Assembly: GCA_041486245.1 (NCBI GenBank)
Contig: JBGPLB010000003.1
Span: forward strand, 5,032 to 69,031
Length of the DNA: 64,000 nucleotides
DNA from: Candidatus Acidiferrum sp.
Lineage (GTDB): Bacteria; Acidobacteriota; Terriglobia; Acidiferrales; UBA7541
Direction: 5' to 3'
The position numbers were made by a program, and so were the translations under genes. Numbering within the stretch: position 1 is the first letter of the stretch; each line of letters opens with the position of its first letter. The notes under the pieces were generated by a model. That model saw only the letters and a program-made list of their open reading frames with translations. It made no database searches and was not told the DNA's origin. Below, one piece after another: positions 1-8,175 of this stretch.

Positions 1-387
1 CGTAGAATAATGTGCGTTCTGGAAAATACTCAAGTCGGCGAGAGGTCAGTCCGTGGGAAGGCCTAAATTCCCATCTGGAGCTTGTCGATTGCGGTCGGAT
101 GACGGGCAACTCGGAAGTTATCGTTTCTTTGTCGGATTAGTACGGTTAAAGGCTCTTGTGTTGACTGGCTTGACTACTTCCGGACGACGCGTAGGAAGAT
201 CGTAAATCCGCAAGACGCTCCATCGTTAGCGCTCGTGATCGGCGTAGATCGGCCTGTGATCCGTTGAAACTCTGGTTGCACAATAGTTGCACAAATGCTC
301 CCAAACAGTGGGTCTTTGCACGAAAATGGGGCATCGTGTCCGAACGTAACCTATTGATTCCGAACAACAGCGTATGGAATCGGGAAT

Positions 388-448
388 TTGCTAAACCGTT
401 GTAGAGGCCAAAACTCCTACCGGGTGTTCGAATCCCCCCTCTCCGCCA
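388..448 (+). pseudogene. tRNA-Ser(GCU)-like 3' fragment (anticodon loop to CCA); not an intact tRNA
   Basis: TTGCTAA anticodon-loop-like heptamer (388-394). Long variable-arm hairpin GTAGAGG/CTCCTAC (401-420). T-arm GGGTG-TTCGAAT-CCCCC (422-438). Then CTCTCC-G-CCA (439-448). The layout parallels the 3' half of E. coli tRNA-Ser(GCU) as I remember it. No complementary 5' acceptor strand or D-arm lies upstream, the acceptor strand is one nt short, and the T-stem has one mismatch. Confidence 0.4.
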
Positions 449-614
449 GAATCTCGACACTATATTAGTTCATAGTACTATTCAGAATTGACACCGTGGC
501 GATTTGCCTGCATCGCTTGCGAGAGCGAGGCGCTTTCACCAGCCATGTGGGGACGCACTCGCGCCAGGCAGAGTTGAGGTCGCACGGCCGAAGCTATCCG
601 CAAAAGCATACGCA

Positions 615-2921
615 TCAACGTGGACGTGTTGGAGTAGGCTCCCGGTCCTCATGTATCTCAAAATTTGTCGGCGGCGTCACGCCAAGGAGGTATTCGACGA
701 AGTAATCCCATCGCCGGCGGACTAGATACAAGTTCCCGCCCTCCCCGTGGTACATGTTCGGAACGATTAGCATGTCAAAATCTTTGTTGGCCTTCATCAA
801 GGCATCGGCAAACCGCATCGTCTCCACCACATGAACGTTGTCGTCAACGTCGCCATGGACGATCAATAGATGTCCCTTCAGCCGGTCTGCAAGCGTGACG
901 TTCGACTGCTCCGCGTAGTCCGGCCCAACCGGATATCCTTGGTACAACTCGTTCCACCAGGCCTTGTCCAGCCTCGCGTCGTGATCTCCGGAAATGGAAA
1001 CGCAAACTTTGTAAAAGTCGGGGAAAATTAGAATGGCGTGAGCGGCTCCGTATCCTCCCGCGGAGGTCCCAAAGATCCCAACACGCGTAAGGTCCATATA
1101 GGAATTTTGCGCTGCCATCTGCTGGATCATGGCGACGTGGTCTTCGAATGCTCCTCCGAGATTGTGGTATGAATATTCATGGAACGCGCGCGAGCGCCCC
1201 GTTGTTCCCCTGCCATCGACCATTACCACGACGAAACCCAACTCCGCGACCGATTGCAGGCCGCGCATCGCTGCACCGAACGTTTTCGGCACAAAGAATG
1301 CCTGCGGACCCGTGTACGCCATTTCGATGATGGGGTACTTCTTGGCTGCATCGAAATTCGTTGGCCGCCAGATCAATCCGTAGAGATCCGTCGTGCCATC
1401 TTTGGCCTTTCCGTGAAAGGGCATGGGATATTTCCAGCCCATTTGGAGGAGTGCAGCCGCTTCGGTCTGCTCGAGAATCCGAACCTGCGAGCCGTCCTTG
1501 GTGTTCCGGAGAACCACTTGCCCCGGCAAGTCTGGCCGCGAGGCGCTGTCCACAAAGTATAAATGGTCGGGCGATACGCTCACCGTGTGGTTGGCGTTTT
1601 CTGGGGTGAGCAGGTTTAAGCCTTTGCCGTCCAGCCCAACGCTGTACAGGTGAGTCTGATAGGGATCTTCATCTTTCTCGCGCCCGTTCGCCAGGAAATA
1701 GACACGGCGCGATTTTTCATCTACGTCGACGATCCGGCGCACGACCCACGGCCCCAGCGTGACCTGGTTTTTCAGTTCGCCAGTTTTCTGGTTGTAGAGA
1801 TACAAATGATTCCAACCGTCCCGTTCCGAGGACCACACCACTTCGCCGGACTCGTGCAGAAAGCGGAAGAAAGTCTCTCCCGGATCGACATACCGATCAG
1901 ATTTTTCACGGATGACTACCCTCTGCTCTCCTGTGTCCGCATCTACAATGCGTAATTCGATCTCTTTCTCGCCGCGTTCGCCGTGGTCGTAGTAAAAGCC
2001 CTTGCTATCCGGGAACCACTCGAATCCGGGTCCGCCTTGGAATTGCATCTCGAGTGGATCGGTTTTTACATCGATGCGTTTGCCTTTTCGAACGTTGAAG
2101 ACGATTGGCTCCGCCTTTGGCAGCGCTTCTCCGGGTAATGGATAGACAACACGGAACACTCTGGGGCGAAGCTGGCCGGGTGGGACAAATTGCAGGTTTG
2201 TGAATTTGCCCGCATTGCGCGTGTCCATGCGATACGTGACCAGCTTGGAAGAATCCGGCGACCAAAATACTGCGGGGCGCTGCTTCGGTTCCTGGGTTCC
2301 TTGCGTAACCATCGGGCGCAAGGAAGGAATTGACGTGGCGTACTCCCAGCACTGCTCGCCATCGCGCGTCAGTTGCACTATTTCGCCTGTGGGCACGTAC
2401 CGAACATACAGATTGAAATCCTTCACGTACGCGATCCATTCCTTGCTGGGCGATTCATTTTCATAGGGACCAGCGGAAGGCTCGCGTGCCTCTTTGCAGT
2501 TGTACGTTTCGAGGTTGCAACTCCAGGACGCGTTTTCGATTTGGAAGTGAACGGACTTCCCATCCTCGGAAAACTCGAAGGTGTCGAAAGGAAGTTCCGT
2601 GGGTTTAAATGCGCGCTTGGTTTCTTTGGAAAGCGCGGTTGCCAGCCTCGCTTGGTCGAACGCAGGTTTGGTTGTGTTTTGGGGCGAATCAACCAAAAAG
2701 AATTCGACTCCTTTTGGGCTGGCCTTGCGATACCAGAAGCGATTGGTCTTTGCGATCCAGTGCGGCTCCATTTCGGCGACATACAGCTTGTGGCGTAAAT
2801 TTCCCGGGAGAAATTGCTCCGCGCGCTGATAGTCCTCTCGAGTGCCTTGGGCGATCGCCGCGGACACTAGCAACCACGAAGCGAGGAGAACCGGAACTAT
2901 CTGCCGCCCATAGAGTTTCAT
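615..2921 (-). CDS. S9 family serine peptidase, dipeptidyl-peptidase IV-like (prolyl oligopeptidase family), secreted
   Basis: 795-aa ORF. An internal ATG at 2921 with GGAGG (2933-2937, minus strand) gives a signal peptide MKLYGRQIVPVLLASWLLVSAAIAQG. A DPP-IV-type propeller region is followed by an alpha/beta hydrolase with the GTSAGGYG nucleophile elbow and HGDVDDNVH and YHGEGG motifs. Confidence 0.9.
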   Translation of the reverse strand: MKLYGRQIVPVLLASWLLVSAAIAQGTREDYQRAEQFLPGNLRHKLYVAEMEPHWIAKTNRFWYRKASPKGVEFFLVDSPQNTTKPAFDQARLATALSKETKRAFKPTELPFDTFEFSEDGKSVHFQIENASWSCNLETYNCKEAREPSAGPYENESPSKEWIAYVKDFNLYVRYVPTGEIVQLTRDGEQCWEYATSIPSLRPMVTQGTQEPKQRPAVFWSPDSSKLVTYRMDTRNAGKFTNLQFVPPGQLRPRVFRVVYPLPGEALPKAEPIVFNVRKGKRIDVKTDPLEMQFQGGPGFEWFPDSKGFYYDHGERGEKEIELRIVDADTGEQRVVIREKSDRYVDPGETFFRFLHESGEVVWSSERDGWNHLYLYNQKTGELKNQVTLGPWVVRRIVDVDEKSRRVYFLANGREKDEDPYQTHLYSVGLDGKGLNLLTPENANHTVSVSPDHLYFVDSASRPDLPGQVVLRNTKDGSQVRILEQTEAAALLQMGWKYPMPFHGKAKDGTTDLYGLIWRPTNFDAAKKYPIIEMAYTGPQAFFVPKTFGAAMRGLQSVAELGFVVVMVDGRGTTGRSRAFHEYSYHNLGGAFEDHVAMIQQMAAQNSYMDLTRVGIFGTSAGGYGAAHAILIFPDFYKVCVSISGDHDARLDKAWWNELYQGYPVGPDYAEQSNVTLADRLKGHLLIVHGDVDDNVHVVETMRFADALMKANKDFDMLIVPNMYHGEGGNLYLVRRRWDYFVEYLLGVTPPTNFEIHEDREPTPTRPR

Positions 2922-3621
2922 TGTAAGTTCAACCTCCGCTGGGAGTTTGCCTTCAGAACCGCGTCTCATTTGTGCACCACAATCGTGGTTACACCCGGAC
3001 ATCTAAGATCAGAGGCTCGGGAGACTACATGTTGGCAGGACTGATCCTCTAGGAGAATCTCGGCTCGCAACAATCCCCCCTCCCGGCGCTTCTTGTAGGT
3101 ATCCATGCGCAGTATTGATAAGTCTTTTGTTTTTATATCCTTACATAAAGTTGATGCCAGATGAGTCCAAGGTATTACAGCGAGGCGGATACTGAGTCGG
3201 CTCACAAACTCCAACCTGAGTCTGACCAGACTCAAATATGCCAAAAGCTCCCAAGAGTTCCAGGGTCATTTCAAAATCTAGATGAATGGTAGTGAAAAAC
3301 CCGAGAACAAGTCGCAGGACCGAGAGGAAAAAGTGATTGCTCTCGGGCCGGATTATGTATATTGTATGCAAGACGTGATGTCAATATGAATTAAGCGATT
3401 TGTGCGGCCTGCTCTCCCGGCCTTTTCGTTTTGCGGGAGCCTGCTTATTCATTGAAGTATATCGGCTACATTTATGGGCATTCTAGGCGGCGAATATGCC
3501 AAGCTGCGCCGAGTGACTTTGCAAAAATCAGACGTTACCAAAAGCCTACGTACCGTCGGTCTTTCGAGGGCGAGGCAAATTGCAATCCTGAATCCGGAGG
3601 GGTCGGGGAAACCCCATTTCC

Positions 3622-4572
3622 ATGTTTGAACGACTGCAGCGTGTTCACGTAGTTGATTCACACACGGGAGGCGAGCCGACGCGCATCATCGTCTCTGGCG
3701 GGCCTGCGCTGCCTTGCGAAGATATGGCATTGCGTCTCGGCCAGTTTCGAAACGGCCACGATTTCTTGCGGCGCGCGCTCGTGAACGAGCCTCGCGGCTC
3801 GGAGGTTGTCGTCGGGGCGCTGCTCTGCGAGCCCGTGAAACCTGGAAGCGCCGCGGGAGTCATCTACTTTAATAATGTCGGCTACCTGGGGATGTGCGTG
3901 CATGGCACCATTGGGCTGGTAGCCACCCTTTCGTATCTGGGGCGAATTGGCATCGGCGAACACAAGATCGACACGCCGGTAGGGACAGTTTCGGCCACAC
4001 TGCTGGAAACGGGCGAAGTCTCCGTCGCAAACGTTCCGAGCCAGCGAACCGAGAAATGCGTCGCGGTTCATGTACCGGGATATGGAACGGTACGCGGCGA
4101 CGTGGCCTGGGGGGGAAATTGGTTTTTCCTCGTCAACGACCATTCCTTCGATCTGCTGATGGGCAACATCGATGAGCTGACACAATTTACATGGGCGATC
4201 CGCCAGGCCCTTGAAAAGAAGGGAATCAAGGGCGCGGACGGAAAAGAAATTGATCACATCGAGCTCTTCAGTCCTTCCCAGATTCCGGGTGTCAACAGCA
4301 AGAATTTCGTGCTCTGCCCTGGAAAAGCATACGACCGTTCGCCATGCGGCACAGGCACGAGCGCCAAGCTTGCTTGTCTCTACGCAGATGGCAAGCTCAA
4401 CCCGGGCGAGGTTTGGCGGCAAGAAAGTATTGTTGGGAGTGTGTTCGAGGGGCAGGTCCGCATCGAAAACGGGGAAATCATTCCCGTCATCAAGGGCTCT
4501 GCGTTCATCACTTCTGACGCGGATTTCATTTTTGATCCGTGTGATCCGTTCCGCTACGGCATTCAAGAATGA
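3622..4572 (+). CDS. 4-hydroxyproline 2-epimerase (proline racemase family, Cys/Cys type)
   Basis: N-terminus VHVVDSHTGGEPTRIIV. Two catalytic-Cys motifs, GMCVHGTIG and DRSPCGTGTSAKLA. Sits first in the Hyp catabolic gene context. Confidence 0.9.
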   Translation: MFERLQRVHVVDSHTGGEPTRIIVSGGPALPCEDMALRLGQFRNGHDFLRRALVNEPRGSEVVVGALLCEPVKPGSAAGVIYFNNVGYLGMCVHGTIGLVATLSYLGRIGIGEHKIDTPVGTVSATLLETGEVSVANVPSQRTEKCVAVHVPGYGTVRGDVAWGGNWFFLVNDHSFDLLMGNIDELTQFTWAIRQALEKKGIKGADGKEIDHIELFSPSQIPGVNSKNFVLCPGKAYDRSPCGTGTSAKLACLYADGKLNPGEVWRQESIVGSVFEGQVRIENGEIIPVIKGSAFITSDADFIFDPCDPFRYGIQE

Positions 4573-5708
4573 TGCGTGCAACCGATGTCTTGATCGTTGG
4601 CGCGGGAATTGTGGGTGCCGCCTGCGCTTTTGAACTTGCTCGGGCCGGATTGCGTGTGGCCGTCGTGGAAGAGCGCTTCACTTCGGCGGGGGCAACCGGC
4701 GCTTCGATGGGCCACCTCGTGGTGATGGACGATTCGGAAGCGCAATTCACTTTGACCCATTATTCTCAGGTTCTCTGGGAAGAAATCCACGAGGAGTTGC
4801 CGCCCTACGTCGAATTCGAAAGATGTGGAACTATTTGGGTTGCCGTGGATGAAGAGGAACTGGCGGAAGTTCGTCGAAAGTGCGCCTATTATCATGATCG
4901 TGGAGTTCACGCCGAAATCCTCGATCCTCAAGCTTTGCACCAGGCCGAGCCACAACTACGCATGCCCCTTGCGGGCGGACTTCTAGTGGAAGATGATTCC
5001 GTCATCTATCCTCCGGCAGCTGCCACCTTTCTGCTGCAAAGAGCGATCGATTTGGGCGCTTCGCTGCACTTGGGTAAAGCAGTCGTATCACTGTCCAAAG
5101 GAAGCGCCCGTCTGGCGGATGGCACCACCTTGAGCGCTGGACGACTGATCAATGCTGCCGGCCAATTCGCTCCCAGGTTGACTCCGGGCGTTCAGGTCAA
5201 ACCGCGTAAGGGGCATCTTGTTATCACCGACCGTTATCCAGGCACGGTTCACCATCAACTCGTTGAGCTTGGCTACCTCAAGTCGGCGCACTCACTCACA
5301 AGCGATTCCGTCGCTTTTAATGTCCAGCCCCGCAAGACCGGCCAGCTACTCATCGGTTCGTCGCGGCAGTACGATGTTGAGCACGAAGGGGTTGAACCAG
5401 CCATTGTCTCGCGCATGCTGGAGCGCTCATTTGAATACCTGCCGGTTTTGTCTGCATTCTCCGGCATTCGAGTGTGGACTGGTTTTCGTCCCGCTACTCC
5501 AGACAAGCTGCCGCTGATCGGTCCATGGCTCGAGGATCCGACTCTGTACATCGCGACCGGGCACGAAGGGCTGGGAATTACGACTTCCTTGGCCACGGGC
5601 AAGCTGATTTGCGCGCAGCTTCTCGGTCAGACTCCCGCGATTCCGGCCGAGCCCTATTTGCCGTCGAGACAAATGACGAACGAAATAAAAGTCGAAACAA
5701 ATGTCTGA
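4569..5708 (+). CDS. FAD-dependent oxidoreductase (DAO family), D-hydroxyproline dehydrogenase beta-subunit-like
   Basis: Rossmann motif DVLIVGAGIVGAACAFELARAG. The ATGA start overlaps the stop of the epimerase gene. Confidence 0.85.
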   Translation: MMRATDVLIVGAGIVGAACAFELARAGLRVAVVEERFTSAGATGASMGHLVVMDDSEAQFTLTHYSQVLWEEIHEELPPYVEFERCGTIWVAVDEEELAEVRRKCAYYHDRGVHAEILDPQALHQAEPQLRMPLAGGLLVEDDSVIYPPAAATFLLQRAIDLGASLHLGKAVVSLSKGSARLADGTTLSAGRLINAAGQFAPRLTPGVQVKPRKGHLVITDRYPGTVHHQLVELGYLKSAHSLTSDSVAFNVQPRKTGQLLIGSSRQYDVEHEGVEPAIVSRMLERSFEYLPVLSAFSGIRVWTGFRPATPDKLPLIGPWLEDPTLYIATGHEGLGITTSLATGKLICAQLLGQTPAIPAEPYLPSRQMTNEIKVETNV

Positions 5709-5946
5709 AACTCTCACAGTTCGTGTGAACGGCACGCCGGTAAATGTCCCTGCTGGATCTACTGTGGCTGTCGCTGTGCTTCTCTCGAGCGGTGCTTCCC
5801 GAACGTCGGTCTCGGGCCAGCCGCGCGCTCCGCTTTGTGGTATGGGTACTTGCTTCGAATGCCGCGTGGAGATTAACGGCCAACCCCACCGTCGGAGTTG
5901 CCAGGTGGTGTGCGAAGAGAATATGGAAATCAACGCCCATGGATAG
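5701..5946 (+). CDS. small (2Fe-2S)-binding subunit (HcnA / opine-oxidase / LhpE-like)
   Basis: 81 aa with a Cys cluster CGMGTCFECRV...RSCQ. Overlaps both neighbouring genes by 8 nt. Confidence 0.8.
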   Translation: MSETLTVRVNGTPVNVPAGSTVAVAVLLSSGASRTSVSGQPRAPLCGMGTCFECRVEINGQPHRRSCQVVCEENMEINAHG

Positions 5947-7237
5947 TCACGCCCAACAGAGCTTCGACGTCGCGGTGATCGGCGCCGGCCCTGCGGGAAT
6001 TGCCGCCGCGGTTACGGCCGCCGAGTCCGGTGCCAGCGTTGCGCTCCTGGATGACAACGCCGCACCCGGCGGCCAGATCTGGCGCGGCAGCGCGAGTGGA
6101 TCGCTTCACTCGGAGTCGACGCGCTGGCTCGAAAGGCTCTCGAGATCAAGCGTCACTTTGATAGCGGGCACACGCGTCTTCCACGCTCACAACGGCCGCT
6201 TGGAAGCAGAGTCGGACGATTCTCTCTGGCAGATACACTACGGCAAGTTGATCCTTGCGACCGGAGCACGCGAACTTTTTCTTCCGTTCCCCGGCTGGAC
6301 CCTTCCAAATGTCGTCGGCGCCGGTGGGCTCCAAGCCATGGCGAAATCTGGATTATCAGTAACCGGCAAACGCGTTGTTATCGCTGGCACCGGCCCGCTT
6401 CTCCTTGCCGTGGCGGCGTATTTGAGTGAACGCGGAGCCAGCGTCCAGTGCATCTGCGAGCAAGCACCCTTCTCGCAACTGCGGTCCTTCACCTTGGCGA
6501 TGGCCGCGTTTCCTCGCAAACTTGTCGAAGCAGCGCAACTCCGATTCCGCTGCAGGCGCGCTCCCTACCTTACAAGCGCTTGGCCGGTCGCCGCGATTGG
6601 GCAGGACCGCTTGCAGGCAGTTCGAATATCGGATAATGGTCATCTCCGCGAAATCGAATGCGATTATCTGGCTTGCGGATTTCATCTTGTTCCGAACCTT
6701 GAGCTGCCCCGCGCATTACAATGCAGCGTGAAGGACGGTTTCGTCGAAGTGAACGAGCTTCAGGAGACCTCGCAGCCGGATGTTTATTGTGCTGGAGAAC
6801 CCACCGGAATCGGCGGCATGGAGCTTTCGATCGTCGAAGGTCAGATTGCAGGCCATTCGGCGGCCGGCCGTCGCAATTCCGCAAAACAACTGTTCACAGC
6901 CCGCACGCGCTACAGGAGAGTCGTTGGAGCAATGAGGAAAACTTTCGCGCTGCGCTCAGAGCTCGCAACTCTGGCGAAGCCTGACACCTTCCTCTGCCGC
7001 TGCGAAGACGTCTCCATCGAAGACGTCCGCAAGCACGCCTCCTGGCGCGCTGCCAAATTGCACTCCCGCTGCGGCATGGGCCCGTGTCAAGGACGCGTCT
7101 GCGGCGCGGCTGCCGAGTTTCTTTTCGGATGGACCATGGACTCCTTGCGTCCACCGATATTTCCGGTGCGTTGTTCGAGTCTTGCAGCGATGTCGTCGCC
7201 CGCGATTCCGGCGCAACCCCTTGGAGGATCACAATGA
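5939..7237 (+). CDS. FAD/NAD(P)-binding oxidoreductase, D-hydroxyproline dehydrogenase alpha-subunit-like (HcnB-like)
   Basis: The internal ATG at 5939 gives MDSHAQQSFDVAVIGAGPAGIAAAVTAAESG (dinucleotide fold). A second GXGXXG motif is VVIAGTGPLLLAVAAYL. C-terminal Cys motif CRCEDV...CGMGPCQGRVC. The longer ORF from 5744 would overlap the 2Fe-2S gene. Confidence 0.8.
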   Translation: MDSHAQQSFDVAVIGAGPAGIAAAVTAAESGASVALLDDNAAPGGQIWRGSASGSLHSESTRWLERLSRSSVTLIAGTRVFHAHNGRLEAESDDSLWQIHYGKLILATGARELFLPFPGWTLPNVVGAGGLQAMAKSGLSVTGKRVVIAGTGPLLLAVAAYLSERGASVQCICEQAPFSQLRSFTLAMAAFPRKLVEAAQLRFRCRRAPYLTSAWPVAAIGQDRLQAVRISDNGHLREIECDYLACGFHLVPNLELPRALQCSVKDGFVEVNELQETSQPDVYCAGEPTGIGGMELSIVEGQIAGHSAAGRRNSAKQLFTARTRYRRVVGAMRKTFALRSELATLAKPDTFLCRCEDVSIEDVRKHASWRAAKLHSRCGMGPCQGRVCGAAAEFLFGWTMDSLRPPIFPVRCSSLAAMSSPAIPAQPLGGSQ

Positions 7238-8163
7238 AGTGGCAAGGTGTCATTCCCGCAATCACCACATGCTTCGCAAAGAGTTCGCAGATAGACCACG
7301 CATTCATAACCGGCCACTGCCAGTGGCTAGTCGAGAATGGCTGTACCGGAGTCGTCGCTTTGGGTTCTTTGGGTGAAGGTGCGACGCTGTCCTTCGACGA
7401 AAAAGTCGCCGTCCTGAATACCTGCGCCAACGCACTTAAAGGCCGTGCGTCAGTCGTCGCGGCAATCTCTTCGCTGACCACCGCCGAGGCCGTAAGCCTC
7501 GCCAAGCAAGCGCACGCTGCTGGTTGCGACGCTCTAATGGTCCTGCCCCCCTACGTCTATCGCGGCGATTGGCGAGAAATGAAGGCCCACGTCTCCGCGG
7601 TCTTCGATGCCACGCAACTGTCATGCATGCTCTACAACAATCCGATCGCCTACGGCACGGATTTTCTGCCCGAACATATTCGCGAACTTGCCGCAGAGCG
7701 CGCCAATTTCGATGCCGTGAAAGAATCAAGCGCCGACGTTCGCCGTGTTTCTGCCATTCGTGCCTTGCTTGGCGATCGCCTCGCCCTGTTTGTTGGCGTG
7801 GACGATGCCATTCTCGAAGGCGTCGCCGTGGGCGCCGTTGGTTGGATTGCTGGTCTGGCCAACGCATTGCCGCGCGAATCCGTAGACCTTTTCGAATATG
7901 GCATCCAGGGCAAATCCTCGCAGGCTTTTGAGTTGTATCGCTGGTTCCTTCCCTTGCTGCGTCTCGACACCGTCCCGAAGTTCGTTCAACTCATCAAGCT
8001 CGTACAAGAAGAACTCGGTGTAGGCAACGCGGACGTCAGGCCGCCAAAGCTTCGGCTAACGGGTGAAGAGCTTCAAGCCACCAAGGATCTGATCCACGAC
8101 GCGCTCCGCACGCGCCCGCAAAAAGCCAGCACCGAACTCCGGCTCCGGCAAGCGGCGAAATAA
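7234..8163 (+). CDS. DHDPS/DapA-family lyase, likely Delta1-pyrroline-4-hydroxy-2-carboxylate deaminase
   Basis: ATG at 7234 preceded by GGAGGA (7223-7228), with an ATGA overlap on the upstream stop. DapA-like motifs GVVALGSLGEGATLS and FDAVKESS. Confidence 0.85.
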   Translation: MKWQGVIPAITTCFAKSSQIDHAFITGHCQWLVENGCTGVVALGSLGEGATLSFDEKVAVLNTCANALKGRASVVAAISSLTTAEAVSLAKQAHAAGCDALMVLPPYVYRGDWREMKAHVSAVFDATQLSCMLYNNPIAYGTDFLPEHIRELAAERANFDAVKESSADVRRVSAIRALLGDRLALFVGVDDAILEGVAVGAVGWIAGLANALPRESVDLFEYGIQGKSSQAFELYRWFLPLLRLDTVPKFVQLIKLVQEELGVGNADVRPPKLRLTGEELQATKDLIHDALRTRPQKASTELRLRQAAK

Positions 8164-8175
8164 CGGACACAGGCG

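Noticed and set aside
55-448. Possible tmRNA (ssrA) with a tRNA-like 3' end. Supporting long-range pairings are GGGAAGG (55-61) with CCTCTCC (438-444) and AAATTCCC (65-72) with GGGAATTT (382-389).
   Set aside because: There is no conserved GGNUUCGAC-type 5' element. No plausible tag ORF ending in hydrophobic residues plus a stop is present in any frame. The pairings are short enough to be expected by chance in 400 nt. A truncated tRNA-Ser 3' half explains the T-arm and CCA better.
146-460. 104-aa ORF on the minus strand.
   Set aside because: It overlaps the tRNA-like fragment in antisense. It has no RBS, an atypical composition and lower GC than real genes here.
3141-3371. 76-aa minus-strand ORF with a hydrophobic stretch in the AT-rich intergenic region.
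   Set aside because: It has a TTG start with no RBS and lies within probable promoter DNA. No homology is recognisable by eye. The support is insufficient.
3658-4581. 307-aa ORF antisense to the hydroxyproline epimerase gene.
   Set aside because: This is a shadow ORF typical of GC-rich DNA, with an Arg/Ala-rich unnatural composition. The sense strand encodes a protein with clear family motifs. The same reasoning applies to 11724-12488, 20775-21551, 40167-41078, 44370-45260, 45279-46082, 47270-47917, 48396-49070, 49485-50288 and 62948-63679.
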